Source: Patescibacteria group bacterium
Lineage (GTDB): Bacteria > Patescibacteriota > Patescibacteriia > Buchananbacterales > UBA6539
Reading direction: 5' to 3'
NCBI GenBank assembly: GCA_041662625.1
Contig: JBAZSB010000001.1
Location: 791,710-855,709, forward strand
Length of the DNA stretch: 64,000 bases
Shown: positions 16,706-26,644 of the stretch, piece by piece
Numbering within the stretch: the first letter of the stretch is position 1
How the letters are laid out: every line of letters starts with the position of its first letter
Translations under genes and position numbers: made by a program
The notes under the pieces: model-generated
The model's database searches: none
What the model was told of the DNA's origin: nothing
Seen by the model: the letters and a program-made list of their open reading frames with translations, nothing else

Positions 16706-18145
16706 TTATTTCAGCCGCTTTCTTAAAGCCATGTGGGCAGTTTGTAACTCCAAAATCAATTGGCTTTCATCAATTAAATTATGAATCCGATTGGAAATTA
16801 TAAATTCGCCGTTAATCATCAAATCGCGGACGTTGCGGCCGCCATGGGTAATCATATTACCGATTAAACTGACTGGTTTATGTTCGTTATAAGGCATAAA
16901 ACCCCGGTCGCGCAGTTTCCAAAAAGCCAAATCTGCCCGAAAGCCCGGCAAAATCCGGCCAACCGATCCGAGCTTAAGAATTTCTGCGGCCTGCGAAGTC
17001 ATCATCTTAAATAAATCTTCGTATAGCACCCGATGTTTGTCTTGATGCATAATCCGCATTTGTAAAGATTCCGAAAGTAAATCCAAACTGTTTTTAGAAA
17101 CCACACTATCGGTACCTAAACAAATCTGTTTATCAGCTTTAAATTTAACAAATGAGGGATATTTAAATTCACCGCTTTTGTGCAGTTTGTTGGAAGTCGG
17201 CAAATGAACAATGCCGATTTTATATTTTTTAACCAATTTAATTTCTTCATCATTCAAATGAACCGCGTGCGACAAAATCGTGTTTGAATTGGCCAAACCC
17301 AGCTTCACTAAAGCCTTGATGGTTGGCTGACCAAGTTTTTCAATACATTCTTGAACCCACTCTTCAGTTTCCGCGGCATGCATCGTCAACAAAACCTTGT
17401 ACTTTCTAATTAGTTCTTTAATTTTCTTCAGTTGCGCCGGAGTTGGCTTATGGAGATAATGAATGGCAATCGCTGGTTGGGAAAAATAATTTTTTTTCTT
17501 TTTTAAAATTTGTTCCACCAAGGCCGGAGAATTCTGGGGATGGGAATTCGAAACCGCCGAAATGGCGTTAATCACTCTTTGTTTAGTAATGAAAGCTGCC
17601 TGCTCAATCGGTTCAAATACTCCATAATGGCTGAAAGTGGTAGTAATACCGTTCTTCTGCTCCTCGGTAAAATCACCAACTGCTCCCAAAAAGAAGTCTT
17701 GGTTTTGCATTCTCGCTTCCAGTTCACCCATCCTCTGAACCTGATCAACAATATTGCCTTTGTCTAAGGTCATTGATGAGCGCAAAAGATACATCGGCGG
17801 ATGAGCATGGGCATTAATAAAACCCGGCGTCACTACAATGCCGCTGCGTTTACCAGCATCATAAATTAAATCAACTTTGCTGGCCAAGTTTTTGCTTTTT
17901 TTGGCCACAAAGACATCCTTAATAATGCCATCAACAATATAGATTGAACGGTTGGGCCAAACCTGAAGCTTATTGCGCTGGTCAGTCGTAATCACAAAAG
18001 CTGCATTATTAATCAGCACCCGCCGGATCTTTTTAGGGCTACCCATTAAAATATAACGGCTGTGTTTCTGCCGTTCTAAAAGGTAAGTCGGTTCAGCATT
18101 AATGGCATCAAAAACTGTATTATTTTTTTTAATGATTTCCTGCAT
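16706..18145 (-). CDS. amidohydrolase-family metal-dependent deaminase/hydrolase (MtaD/SsnA/cytosine-deaminase-like)
   Basis: 'GFINAHAHPPMYLLRS' HxH metal-binding motif, 'VHLPTSNKL', 'GTDS' typical of amidohydrolase_1. Confidence 0.75.
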   Translation of the reverse strand: MQEIIKKNNTVFDAINAEPTYLLERQKHSRYILMGSPKKIRRVLINNAAFVITTDQRNKLQVWPNRSIYIVDGIIKDVFVAKKSKNLASKVDLIYDAGKRSGIVVTPGFINAHAHPPMYLLRSSMTLDKGNIVDQVQRMGELEARMQNQDFFLGAVGDFTEEQKNGITTTFSHYGVFEPIEQAAFITKQRVINAISAVSNSHPQNSPALVEQILKKKKNYFSQPAIAIHYLHKPTPAQLKKIKELIRKYKVLLTMHAAETEEWVQECIEKLGQPTIKALVKLGLANSNTILSHAVHLNDEEIKLVKKYKIGIVHLPTSNKLHKSGEFKYPSFVKFKADKQICLGTDSVVSKNSLDLLSESLQMRIMHQDKHRVLYEDLFKMMTSQAAEILKLGSVGRILPGFRADLAFWKLRDRGFMPYNEHKPVSLIGNMITHGGRNVRDLMINGEFIISNRIHNLIDESQLILELQTAHMALRKRLK

Positions 18146-18220
18146 AATTTAGAGCTAGAAGTTGATTTAATTTTATGATAGCCTAGATTTATGATATAAT
18201 CAATCTACCATCTATATACT

Positions 18221-18391
18221 ATGAGCATAAGATTCAATGAAATTATCACCAAAGCCGATTGGGCAAAAATCATTATCTTAGTAGTAATTTCAACGATTTG
18301 CTGGATTTGGGTCTGGCGCGAATATCAAAAACCAGTCATCCCGCCGGAGTGGGATCAGGAATGGAGCCAAACAGTAGATATTCAAGATTAA
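18221..18391 (+). CDS. small membrane peptide (56 aa), hypothetical
   Basis: ORF MSIRFNEIITKADWAKIIILVVISTICWIWVW... not in supplied track (<60 aa); one TM helix. Confidence 0.3.
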   Translation: MSIRFNEIITKADWAKIIILVVISTICWIWVWREYQKPVIPPEWDQEWSQTVDIQD

Positions 18392-18541
18392 TTTAGACTG
18401 GCCGGAATTGACAAAATCGGCTAATTAAACTTAAGATATAAGCACGTGGAAGGAGGCACAGGGCCTCTTTTTTCGCACCTTTGACAACAGGATAAGGCAC
18501 GCTGAGCGTGTAGCTACATAACTAGACGGAGGATAACTGCT

Positions 18542-19831
18542 ATGCCAATGAACCAAGGCTTCACCCAAGAGTTGTTTCCAATTCTGGACCAACTGCTGGC
18601 TGCTTTTCCCGCACCGTTCCATATCATGCATGAACGAGGGATAATCGATACAGCTCAGCAACTTCACCGCGTACTGCGCCAAGCGTGCCCGCAGTTCCGC
18701 AACTTCTTTGCCGTCAAGGCCAATTCCAACCCGGAAGTTCTCCGACTGCTCTACGAGCAAGGTATGGGGTTTGACTGCAGCTCAATCGTCGAACTTCGGC
18801 TGGCGCGAGCAACAGGTGCTAAACCGGAAGACATCTTCTTCACTTCGAATGACACTTCGCAGGAAGAGTTTGAAGAAGCAATGTCGGCCGGTGGCTGCAT
18901 TCTCAACCTCGATGACAAGGGATTGATTCCGAAAGTACCAGAGCCATTCCCGAAGTCGATCTGTTTCCGCTGGAACGCAGGCAAACTGCGCGTCTTGGAC
19001 AGCGTCATCGGCAACCCAGAAACCTGCAAGTACGGAGTACCGCACGAACAGATTGTTGATGCCTATCGGCTTGCCCAAGAACGTGGCGCCGAGCGCTTCG
19101 GCCTGCATGCGATGCTTGTTTCAAATGAACGAAACTGGGAATGTCATGCCCAGACCGTCGGCATGCTACTGGAAACCGCCGCGCTACTGGAAACCGAACT
19201 CGGCATCCGCGTTGAGTTCATTAATATGGGCGGCGGGCTTGGTATTCCCTACCGTCCTGAAGATGAACCGGTAGCGCTCGAACAACTGGCCGAAGCGATT
19301 AGCAAAGCTATGGCAGCTTTCGAGGCAGAACACAAATGGCGGCCGCTGCTGCGTTCGGAAAACGGCCGCTACGTTACCGGTCCACACGGTGTCTTCATTG
19401 CCCGATGCATCAATGAAAAGCACGGCTACCGCGAATTCCGAGGCGTTAATGTCTCAGCAATGGCTGCCGTGATGCGTCCGACAATGTATCACCCCAAAGG
19501 TGGCTATCACCACATTACCGTTTTTGAACCCCCTTTGGATGAACCGGTCATATGTAGTGTAGTCGGTCCGGCCTGCGAAGATAGCGATCGCTTTGGCTGG
19601 GATCGGCTACTCTCACTTCACGAAGGTCAGCACGTTTTTGTCCATGACATCGGCGCCCACGCTACGGAAATGGGAAGTAACTACAATAACCGCCCCAAGC
19701 CGCCGATGCTGATGTTGCGCCAAAACGGCCAAATTGATCTGATTGAGCCGGGCCAGACCGTCGAAGAATTGGTGGCGAAACGCTTTCGCTACCTCGAGCA
19801 GCCATGGTCATTTAAGCCTGCTGGGCAATGA
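18542..19831 (+). CDS. PLP-dependent decarboxylase, Orn/DAP/Arg decarboxylase family 2 (diaminopimelate-decarboxylase-like), GC-rich
   Basis: 'FFAVKANSNPEVL' PLP-lysine motif, 'GGGLGIPY', 'CEDSDRF' ; RBS GGAGGA. Confidence 0.8.
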   Translation: MPMNQGFTQELFPILDQLLAAFPAPFHIMHERGIIDTAQQLHRVLRQACPQFRNFFAVKANSNPEVLRLLYEQGMGFDCSSIVELRLARATGAKPEDIFFTSNDTSQEEFEEAMSAGGCILNLDDKGLIPKVPEPFPKSICFRWNAGKLRVLDSVIGNPETCKYGVPHEQIVDAYRLAQERGAERFGLHAMLVSNERNWECHAQTVGMLLETAALLETELGIRVEFINMGGGLGIPYRPEDEPVALEQLAEAISKAMAAFEAEHKWRPLLRSENGRYVTGPHGVFIARCINEKHGYREFRGVNVSAMAAVMRPTMYHPKGGYHHITVFEPPLDEPVICSVVGPACEDSDRFGWDRLLSLHEGQHVFVHDIGAHATEMGSNYNNRPKPPMLMLRQNGQIDLIEPGQTVEELVAKRFRYLEQPWSFKPAGQ

Positions 19832-19870
19832 CCACCACCCAAACTTCACAACACAGAGAAGGGAGAATTG

Positions 19871-21148
19871 ATGATGACACAAAGCCCCATAGACATCCGC
19901 CGCTCTTTCGGAGCGGGAATCGGTGGCGCCACCTTTGGTGACGATACCGCCGAGTATCTGTTCGGCCGAATCAAACGGCTCCGCCTGAAGTTTCAAATCG
20001 AACATCCGGACATCACAGTGCTAAACTTCGGCATTGGCGAACCGTATAACGGTCCGGATCATATCGTGCGGGAAGCGGCTGTAACGGCTATCCGCGATTC
20101 CCGGTTTGACGGGTACCCGGACCTTGGTTTGGCTAAACTAAGAGAAGCAGCGGCTTCTCATTTCCAAACCGTCTTCGGACTAAGCTACCAGCTCGACCCG
20201 GAAACCCATGTCCAGGACTGTTGGGGAATCAAGCCTAGCCTTGACGCCTTAACCAAGGTGTTCTGCTCTCCCGGCAATCAGGAGTGGCCGGTTGCGCGAA
20301 TCCAGGTCGCGGTGACTACACCAGGCTACCCGGTTTTTGGCACCCAGGCCGCCAAACTCGGCGCCCAAGTTATCACCATGCCAGTGACCAGAGAAAACGG
20401 TTACCTACCGGACATCTCGGTTCTGGAGAAAGCCGCGCACCTTCACGCCATCTACCTGATTAGTCCGCACAATCCGACTGGCCGAGCCTACGATACCGAG
20501 GCTGGCTGGTGGCAGAAAGTCGTGGACTTCTGCCGCGAGAGAAGTGTCGCGTTGATCGTCGATGAAGCCTACTGCCATCTGCGCTGGGCGCCGGGCAAGC
20601 CGTTCACCGCTCTGTCTATTCCGGGTTTCATGGATGTCGGCGTTGTTTTGCACTCCGTCTCCAAAACCTTGGACTGGACCAGCGGCCGCATCGGCTGGGT
20701 GGTCGGCAATCCGATGATTATCCGGGCATACCGGAAAGAGTACGAAGACTCTTCTTCTGGCCAAACCCTGGCTCTGCAATGGGCCGCGGCAGAAGCGCTG
20801 AACAACTTCGGCTTGATCGTACCTAAAATCCAAGCCGACTATCGGCGGCGGCTGGAGGGACTGATCAAGATACTCCAAAGCCGGGGCTTCCCCGTTCAAA
20901 TGCCCGACGGCGGGTTCTTCATCTTCAGTCCGGCGCCGACGTATTGCGGCGGTCAGACTATTGCCGATGCCGAGGAGTTCATGCAGTACCTACTGAATGA
21001 GCACGGCATCGTCAGCGTTCCTTTCGGCGACCATATCCGGTTCGCCAGCACAGTCAAAGTCGGCGGTCCAGGCCAGCCGGCAACATACGAACGGGCACTA
21101 GAAATGCTCAACGAACGCCTGCCTGAAGTGTTCCAATTCAAATCGTAA
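19871..21148 (+). CDS. class I/II aminotransferase (LL-diaminopimelate-aminotransferase-like), GC-rich
   Basis: 'LNFGIGEPY', PLP lysine region 'HSVSKTLDWTSGRIGWVVGN'; RBS AAGGGAG; 36 nt downstream of the decarboxylase (operon). Confidence 0.8.
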   Translation: MMTQSPIDIRRSFGAGIGGATFGDDTAEYLFGRIKRLRLKFQIEHPDITVLNFGIGEPYNGPDHIVREAAVTAIRDSRFDGYPDLGLAKLREAAASHFQTVFGLSYQLDPETHVQDCWGIKPSLDALTKVFCSPGNQEWPVARIQVAVTTPGYPVFGTQAAKLGAQVITMPVTRENGYLPDISVLEKAAHLHAIYLISPHNPTGRAYDTEAGWWQKVVDFCRERSVALIVDEAYCHLRWAPGKPFTALSIPGFMDVGVVLHSVSKTLDWTSGRIGWVVGNPMIIRAYRKEYEDSSSGQTLALQWAAAEALNNFGLIVPKIQADYRRRLEGLIKILQSRGFPVQMPDGGFFIFSPAPTYCGGQTIADAEEFMQYLLNEHGIVSVPFGDHIRFASTVKVGGPGQPATYERALEMLNERLPEVFQFKS

Positions 21149-21167
21149 CGGAGGGAAGAATACAATT

Positions 21168-21221
21168 CCTGCACTAACTTGCGTCGAAACAAGACGTCGG
21201 GTTGGTGCAGGTTCTTTTTTT
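21168..21221 (+). terminator. rho-independent terminator after aminotransferase (overlaps stop of transposase gene on opposite strand)
   Basis: CCTGCACTAAC...GTTGGTGCAGG stem + TTCTTTTTTT. Confidence 0.7.
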
Positions 21222-21870
21222 ACATATTTAACCCCTCCGGATTATTTCTGTCTCGCCACCATTTTTTAGGATTTTCAATAATATATTGCCGGATATTATT
21301 TAATGATTCTTCGTTACGAATAATATGATCATAAAAACGTGATTGCCAGCCAAATTCAATATTGTTACTATTGCCATATTTTTTAACGCTTGATTTAAAT
21401 GCCCGAACCGCAGCAGAAATATTTTTGGATTGCGGGCCAAATTTATTTTCGTATTGTACCGCCGGGCAATTGCGCATTTGAATATTTTGACAACAATTAT
21501 TATCACGTTGTAGAGACGCACAATTGTGCGTCTCTACCCGATTATTAATGTCGTCCAAAAAACCATCAGCGCAATTGCCCGGTACCTGTTTTTTAATTTT
21601 CAATATGGCGTGAATATGATTGGGCATTACAATAAATGAATCTATTTTTATATGTTTGTAATATTTTGGTATTACCTTAAAAAATCTTTTGGCAACATAA
21701 CCAATCCTGTTTAGATGCGCCTTGCAATTAATGACGTCTCCAAAATAACAAATTCTGTCTTTAGCACAAATAGTAATAAAATAATAGCCCGGCCAGGAAT
21801 AATCCCAACCCTTCAATCGGACGGAATCAATTCGATATTTATTTTTAAATAATTCATTATTTTGATACAT
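21220..21870 (-). CDS. HUH Y1 transposase of the IS200/REP-associated (RAYT-like) family, with internal palindromic element
   Basis: 'FIVMPNHIHAIL' HUH motif, C-terminal 'GWQSRFYDHIIRNE' catalytic Tyr region; 216 aa with an insert containing the family-B palindrome. Confidence 0.7.
   Translation of the reverse strand: MYQNNELFKNKYRIDSVRLKGWDYSWPGYYFITICAKDRICYFGDVINCKAHLNRIGYVAKRFFKVIPKYYKHIKIDSFIVMPNHIHAILKIKKQVPGNCADGFLDDINNRVETHNCASLQRDNNCCQNIQMRNCPAVQYENKFGPQSKNISAAVRAFKSSVKKYGNSNNIEFGWQSRFYDHIIRNEESLNNIRQYIIENPKKWWRDRNNPEGLNM
21510..21537. repeat. palindromic element family B, copy 2 (28-nt perfect palindrome GTAGAGACGCACAA|TTGTGCGTCTCTAC) inside transposase CDS
   Basis: Read directly; encodes RVETHNCASLQ in frame, the same peptide (VETHNxASL) as copy 1 in an unrelated gene. 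Confidence 0.9.
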
Positions 21871-21931
21871 AAAAACGCATCTTATGATGCGCTACGTTGA
21901 TTATTAAATTATGTTAATTTTTAATATTTTC

Positions 21932-22006
21932 TGGAGCGGGTGAGCGGAGTTGAACCGCCGTCTCAACCTTGGCAAGGTTGCATAATAGCCGTTATACGAC
22001 ACCCGC
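21932..22006 (-). tRNA. tRNA-Gly (anticodon GCC), CCA encoded
   Basis: Reverse complement: acceptor GCGGGTG/CACCCGC, anticodon stem CAACC/GGTTG loop TTGCCAA, T-arm GGCGG-TTCAACT-CCGCT, 3' TCCA; D-arm pairing irregular. Confidence 0.75.
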
Positions 22007-22054
22007 AAAAGTTACAGAAAGAATTATAACAGAAAGAGAAAAAAATACAAGCCC

Positions 22055-22516
22055 TTAATTCCTTAACCGATATAAAGCCACCGCTGAGGCTACCGCCACA
22101 TTCAACGACTCCTTCTTCCCCAACATCGGAATCTTAACTATATCATCAGCTAAAGCTAAAATCTTTTTACTCACTCCTTTGGTTTCACTGCCGACCACCA
22201 AAGCCAAAGGAAATTTTGGTTTGAAACTAGGCAGAGACTGACTTTTTTTGCCCGTTTCTAAAACCACAATCTTAATCCCCTGTTTTTTTAATTTCTTTAT
22301 CAATAAATGTGTTTGCCAATGTCTTTCCCAAACGATCCACTCATCTGCCCCTAAAGCGGTCTTGGAAATTTCTTTCCGCACTGGAAAACCGGTGTAGCCA
22401 CATAAATAAATCTTTTTAACGCCAAAAACATCGGCACAGCGGAAAAGCGCACCAACGTTATATAGACTGCGGATATTTTGAGCAATTAGATATACTTCTT
22501 TATTTTTTATTGACAT
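22055..22516 (-). CDS. SpoU/TrmH-family RNA 2'-O-methyltransferase (TrmL-like)
   Basis: 153 aa; 'LYNVGALFRCADVFG', 'LVVGSETKGVS...SLNVAVASAVALYRL' SPOUT motifs. Confidence 0.75.
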   Translation of the reverse strand: MSIKNKEVYLIAQNIRSLYNVGALFRCADVFGVKKIYLCGYTGFPVRKEISKTALGADEWIVWERHWQTHLLIKKLKKQGIKIVVLETGKKSQSLPSFKPKFPLALVVGSETKGVSKKILALADDIVKIPMLGKKESLNVAVASAVALYRLRN

Positions 22517-22564
22517 ATCGACATTTTTATCTTAATATAGTTAAAGTTTATAAGCAATAATTTT

Positions 22565-22648
22565 GCCCAGGTGGTGGAACTGGTATACACGCAGGACTTA
22601 AAATCCTGTGGCTGCAAAGCCATGCGGGTTCGATTCCCGCCCTGGGCA
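22565..22648 (+). tRNA. tRNA-Leu (anticodon UAA), CCA not encoded
   Basis: Acceptor GCCCAGG/CCTGGGC, anticodon stem CAGGA/TCCTG loop CTTAAAA, long variable arm, T-arm GCGGG-TTCGATT-CCCGC. Confidence 0.85.
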
Positions 22649-22722
22649 TATAAATCGAAAATGAGTTCGCCTGCCCCACCCGTTATAACAACGTAACAAT
22701 TTATTCACCCAACTTAACTACT

Positions 22723-22746
22723 ACAACCATAATGGTTGTTTTTTGT
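22723..22746 (+). terminator. rho-independent terminator after tRNA-Leu
   Basis: ACAACC-ATAA-GGTTGT + TTTTTTG. Confidence 0.6.
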
Positions 22747-22864
22747 TTGAGATAAATTGACATATCAAAAAAAATCTGTTAAGGTTTTGGAAACTACAGT
22801 GGAAGGAGTAGAAGTTTAACCCAAGGGAAGTACTCTACAATTGAATCGGAAGGAGAAACAACTG

Positions 22865-24586
22865 ATGGAATATGCGCAAGGAGTAACCGACCTAAGCCGA
22901 GACCAACTGCGGATCCTCCTTGAAATCGCGGGGATGATCAACACCACCGGCGATCTGAAAGGTCCCCTCTCCCAAGCACTGAGGATGGCCATTGAGGCTA
23001 TCGGCGGCGAGGAAGGCTCCATCTTGATGCTGAATCACGATGGGCTCCTAAGGATCTATGCAGCGTTAGGCATTCCCGAAGAGACTATTCGAACTGTCAA
23101 TGCGAAGGGGATCCAGCTAGGTGAAGGCTTCGCTGGCTGCGTCGCCCAGACGAATAAGCCACTGCTCTTGAATAAAGGCAATGGCCATAGCGTTCGAATC
23201 CAGTCCGCCATCTCTGTCCCGCTATCAGTAGACCATAGGGTAATCGGGGTCCTGAATGTCAGCCGAATCAAATCGGATTTACCCTTCAACGAGCTAGACT
23301 TGGCCATGCTTGTCCATGTGGCAAGGGAACTCTATCCGGTTATCGGCAAACGACGGAACCTCGAAGCCATCTACGAAGCAGCAGTCGCTTTAGCCGCCGC
23401 TACCAGTCTGCCAGAAACTATCTTCGCCATGATGGTGATGAAACAGGCTTTGCTCGTCAACGAGCTTGCTCTGTTCATAGTCGCTGGAGAATATCTGGAA
23501 GAAGTAACCAGCACGACCACTGGCCCTTCGCAGGTCAAGATTCCGCTGGCTGGAGAACCGGCAACTGACGACACGACAACGGCTGCAGTCATAATCCAAT
23601 CCCTCCGTGGGAAAAAGATGATTGTCTGCAACGAAGTGACGCCTGGAGCTAGTGACCAACGCCCATTTGCCGTTATTCCCTTCTTCGATCCGCGGCAAAA
23701 GCCAGAAGGGGCAATAGTCATCTACGGCGAAGTCGGCTGCGCGGTCACCCAGGAGGAAACCACGGTCATCCAAACCTTTGCCCGCATTGTTGCCCTGCAA
23801 ATCTCCCACCTCCAAGATATAGCGGACAAAAAACAAGGTCAGCAACGGATGGTCTTTATCCTCGCCGCCGCCTTGGAATTCCGCAGCCACTACACCGCCG
23901 GGCACTCCAACCGCGTCAGCACCTATGCCGTCGCCGTAGGGAAAAAACTCGGCCTCCGTCCCGAGGAACTCCTGCTTTTGGAGCACGGCGGGCTAATCCA
24001 CGATATCGGCAAAATCGGAATTCGCGACGAGGTCTTGGAAAAACCTGGCCAGCTCACTGTGGAAGAATGGGCCGAGATGAAACAACATCCCGATCGTGGC
24101 GTGGCGATGATTAAGGATGGCGGCGCTTTCAGTGAAGGTGTCGCGCGGTTCATCCTAAGACACCACGAACGTCCGGATGGTAAAGGTTATCCCAATGGGA
24201 TTGGTGAAGATCAGCTCACGACCGCCGAGCTCATCCTTGGGGCAGTGGACTGTTTTGATGCCATGACCTCCCGCCGTAACTACCGGCAGGAACATAAAGA
24301 CGGGATGCCGATCGAAGCCGCCATCCTGGAAATGATCCGGTGCAGCGGCACGCAGTTCAACACCCAGGTGGTCCAAGCGCTGATTAGCGCCTTGAAAGAT
24401 GGGATCCAGATCGACGAAGATGGTGGTAGCCGAACAATGCTACTTGGGCCAACCGAGTGTCAAGCCATCGCGACCGCCCTCCTTCACCGGTCAACGCCGG
24501 ATCCCAACCCAGCCGACAGGCAACAGATCAGTAGCCAAATCGCTACCCAGTTCGCGACCCTGTTTCCGTTGACAACTGCGGGCTGA
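22865..24586 (+). CDS. GAF-domain / HD-GYP-domain protein (putative c-di-GMP phosphodiesterase), GC-rich
   Basis: HD-GYP signature 'HDIGKIGIRDEVL...HHERPDGKGYPNGIGEDQ'; N-terminal GAF-like region; ATG 22865 with RBS GGAAGGAG preferred over TTG 22841. Confidence 0.8.
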   Translation: MEYAQGVTDLSRDQLRILLEIAGMINTTGDLKGPLSQALRMAIEAIGGEEGSILMLNHDGLLRIYAALGIPEETIRTVNAKGIQLGEGFAGCVAQTNKPLLLNKGNGHSVRIQSAISVPLSVDHRVIGVLNVSRIKSDLPFNELDLAMLVHVARELYPVIGKRRNLEAIYEAAVALAAATSLPETIFAMMVMKQALLVNELALFIVAGEYLEEVTSTTTGPSQVKIPLAGEPATDDTTTAAVIIQSLRGKKMIVCNEVTPGASDQRPFAVIPFFDPRQKPEGAIVIYGEVGCAVTQEETTVIQTFARIVALQISHLQDIADKKQGQQRMVFILAAALEFRSHYTAGHSNRVSTYAVAVGKKLGLRPEELLLLEHGGLIHDIGKIGIRDEVLEKPGQLTVEEWAEMKQHPDRGVAMIKDGGAFSEGVARFILRHHERPDGKGYPNGIGEDQLTTAELILGAVDCFDAMTSRRNYRQEHKDGMPIEAAILEMIRCSGTQFNTQVVQALISALKDGIQIDEDGGSRTMLLGPTECQAIATALLHRSTPDPNPADRQQISSQIATQFATLFPLTTAG

Positions 24587-24634
24587 ACCAAGTCCGCTGA
24601 AGTAATCGGAGGATTGGAGGGAACACTTTGAGAC

Positions 24635-24725
24635 ACTCGCACAGACAAGGAAGGGAATGTGCGAGTCTTTTTTTATGTTCAATTTAGCACCTCGAGTTAA
24701 GTCGAGAGGTGCGAGTCTTTTTTTA
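24635..24725 (+). terminator. tandem rho-independent terminators sharing the 3' half GTGCGAGTCTTTTTTTAT
   Basis: Hairpins ACTCGCACA...TGTGCGAGT + T7 (24635-24675) and GCACCTC...GAGGTGC + T8 (24687-24725). Confidence 0.7.
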
Positions 24726-24764
24726 TTTGTTTTTTTGGCCTAAAAACGGTAAGATACTATTGAT

Positions 24765-25802
24765 ATGACAAAAACAAAACCAACAGAAAAAAACCGAATC
24801 ATCGATCCTCAGGAACTAAAAAATGAGGAGAATTTTGATTTGACTTTACGGCCAAAAAATCTCGATGAATTTGTCGGCCAACATAAAATTAAAGAAAATC
24901 TGAAAATTTTTATGCAGGCGGCAAAAAACCGCCAAGAGCAAATTGAACATGTCCTGCTTTATGGCCCGCCCGGTTTAGGCAAAACTACCTTAGCTCATAT
25001 TATTGCCAAGGAAATGGCAGTTAACATCCGCATCACTTCCGGTCCGGCGCTGGAACGAAGCGGCGACCTGGCCGCCATCCTGACTAATCTGGAAGATGGC
25101 GATATTTTATTTATTGATGAAATCCACCGCCTAAACAAAGTAATTGAAGAAATTTTATACCCGGCTATGGAAGATTATGCTTTGGATATTGTTATTGGCA
25201 AAGGACCTTCAGCCCGAACCTTAAGGCTGGAGCTCCCCCATTTCACTATTGTCGGCGCCACCACCAAAATCAGCCTGCTTTCTTCACCGCTGCGCGACCG
25301 GTTTGGTAATATTTATCATCTGAATTTTTATCAAGATGATGAAATTGAACAGATTCTTGCCCGCTCGGCCAAAATTTTGGCAATTGAAATGGAAAAAAAT
25401 TCAGCCGGCCAAATTGCAAGGCGAGCACGCAAAACTCCCCGGGTGGCTAATCGTCTTTTAAAACGGGTTCGCGATTTCTGCCAGGTCAAAGCGGACGGCA
25501 AAATCAATCCGGATATTACCCAACAAGCTTTAACTATGCTTGATATTGATGAATTCGGCCTCGACGAAATTGACCGGCGGATTTTGGAAATTATTATCAA
25601 CAAATTTGGCGGCGGACCGGTGGGTTTGAACACAATTGCCGCGGCCACTGGTGAAGAAATGGCCACAATCGAAGACGTTTATGAGCCGTTTTTAATCCAA
25701 ATCGGCATGCTTAAAAGAACCGCCAAAGGCCGGGTTGCCACCGAAAATGCCTATAAACATTTGGGTCTGGATGGTGTTAACCAAACCAATAAACTGCTAT
25801 AA
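24765..25802 (+). CDS. ruvB: Holliday junction branch-migration helicase RuvB
   Basis: '[21 protein letters not shown]', '[10 protein letters not shown]', conserved RuvB N/M/C domains; no ruvA adjacent. Confidence 0.95.
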   Translation: MTKTKPTEKNRIIDPQELKNEENFDLTLRPKNLDEFVGQHKIKENLKIFMQAAKNRQEQIEHVLLYGPPGLGKTTLAHIIAKEMAVNIRITSGPALERSGDLAAILTNLEDGDILFIDEIHRLNKVIEEILYPAMEDYALDIVIGKGPSARTLRLELPHFTIVGATTKISLLSSPLRDRFGNIYHLNFYQDDEIEQILARSAKILAIEMEKNSAGQIARRARKTPRVANRLLKRVRDFCQVKADGKINPDITQQALTMLDIDEFGLDEIDRRILEIIINKFGGGPVGLNTIAAATGEEMATIEDVYEPFLIQIGMLKRTAKGRVATENAYKHLGLDGVNQTNKLL

Positions 25803-25817
25803 TAATCTTGGAGACAT

Positions 25818-26057
25818 ATGGAAATTTCCCTTAGCATCTTCTACTACATTTATTTAATCTTTGTTATAATTTATTTATTTTACACTTTTTCTAATATCTA
25901 CCATCTGGTACGATTTGGTTTTCTAAGTGTCAGCAATATCACGCTGATATTTTTTTATCTGGCAGTTTCAATTTTAATTTTGACGATTTCCTGGCGCTAT
26001 ATTAGCCAAATTAACTGGCACCAAATGATTTCACTTATTCCCCAATTCCAATTTTAA
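25818..26057 (+). CDS. small membrane protein, hypothetical
   Basis: 79-aa ORF, two hydrophobic helices, starts 13 nt after ruvB. Confidence 0.35.
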   Translation: MEISLSIFYYIYLIFVIIYLFYTFSNIYHLVRFGFLSVSNITLIFFYLAVSILILTISWRYISQINWHQMISLIPQFQF

Positions 26058-26065
26058 GCAAACCT

Positions 26066-26629
26066 ATGTTTCACTTTAATATTCCCAACGGCGAAAAAGG
26101 AGAAAAAGTTATTATGTTGCTTAGGCGGCATCCTTTTATTATTTTAGTGAGAATTATCAGCTGGGCAATTATTGCTTTACTACCTCTTATTTTCTATTTA
26201 ATTTTGGGTGAAATTGTTGCTGGGTTTTTTACCCATGAAGTTTTTTGGCCAATTTTGGTTTTATTCACTAGCATCTATTATCTTTACATTTGGCTCTTTA
26301 TGTTTTCTAGTTTTGTCGACTATTATCTTGATGCCTGGGTGGTGACTAACTACAGAATTATTAATATCGAGCAGAAAGGACTTTTCCACCGAGTGATTTC
26401 CGAACAAAGGCTATACCGAATCCAAGATGTTACTTCGGAATTAAAGGGTTTCTTCCCTACCTTTCTGAACTTTGGCAATATTTACGTCCAAACTGCCGGC
26501 GAAGCGGAAAGATTTGTTTTCAAACAAGTGCCCAACCCTTACCAGGTGGTCAGCAAAATTACTAAGTTAGTTGAGGAAAATAAAAAATTCCATAATCTGA
26601 TGATGGCTGAGGATAAAATCTCCACTTAA
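26066..26629 (+). CDS. membrane protein with bacterial PH-like (bPH_2/YdbS-type) domain
   Basis: Two N-terminal TM helices then 'VVTNYRIINIEQKGLFHRVISEQRLYRIQDV...NFGNIYVQTAG'. Confidence 0.5.
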   Translation: MFHFNIPNGEKGEKVIMLLRRHPFIILVRIISWAIIALLPLIFYLILGEIVAGFFTHEVFWPILVLFTSIYYLYIWLFMFSSFVDYYLDAWVVTNYRIINIEQKGLFHRVISEQRLYRIQDVTSELKGFFPTFLNFGNIYVQTAGEAERFVFKQVPNPYQVVSKITKLVEENKKFHNLMMAEDKIST

Positions 26630-26644
26630 TTTTCCTTGGTCAAT

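Noticed and set aside
18431-18760. 109-aa minus-strand ORF upstream of or overlapping the decarboxylase gene
   Set aside because: Overlaps the start and RBS region of a strongly supported plus-strand gene. It is GC-rich antisense.
20405-20899. 164-aa antisense ORF inside the aminotransferase gene; similar antisense ORFs at 23390-23986 and 18751-19108
   Set aside because: GC-rich antisense artefacts overlapping well-supported sense genes.
24765-25802. ruvB without adjacent ruvA or ruvC
   Set aside because: ruvA may be elsewhere in the genome. Its absence from a 64-kb window is not evidence of loss.
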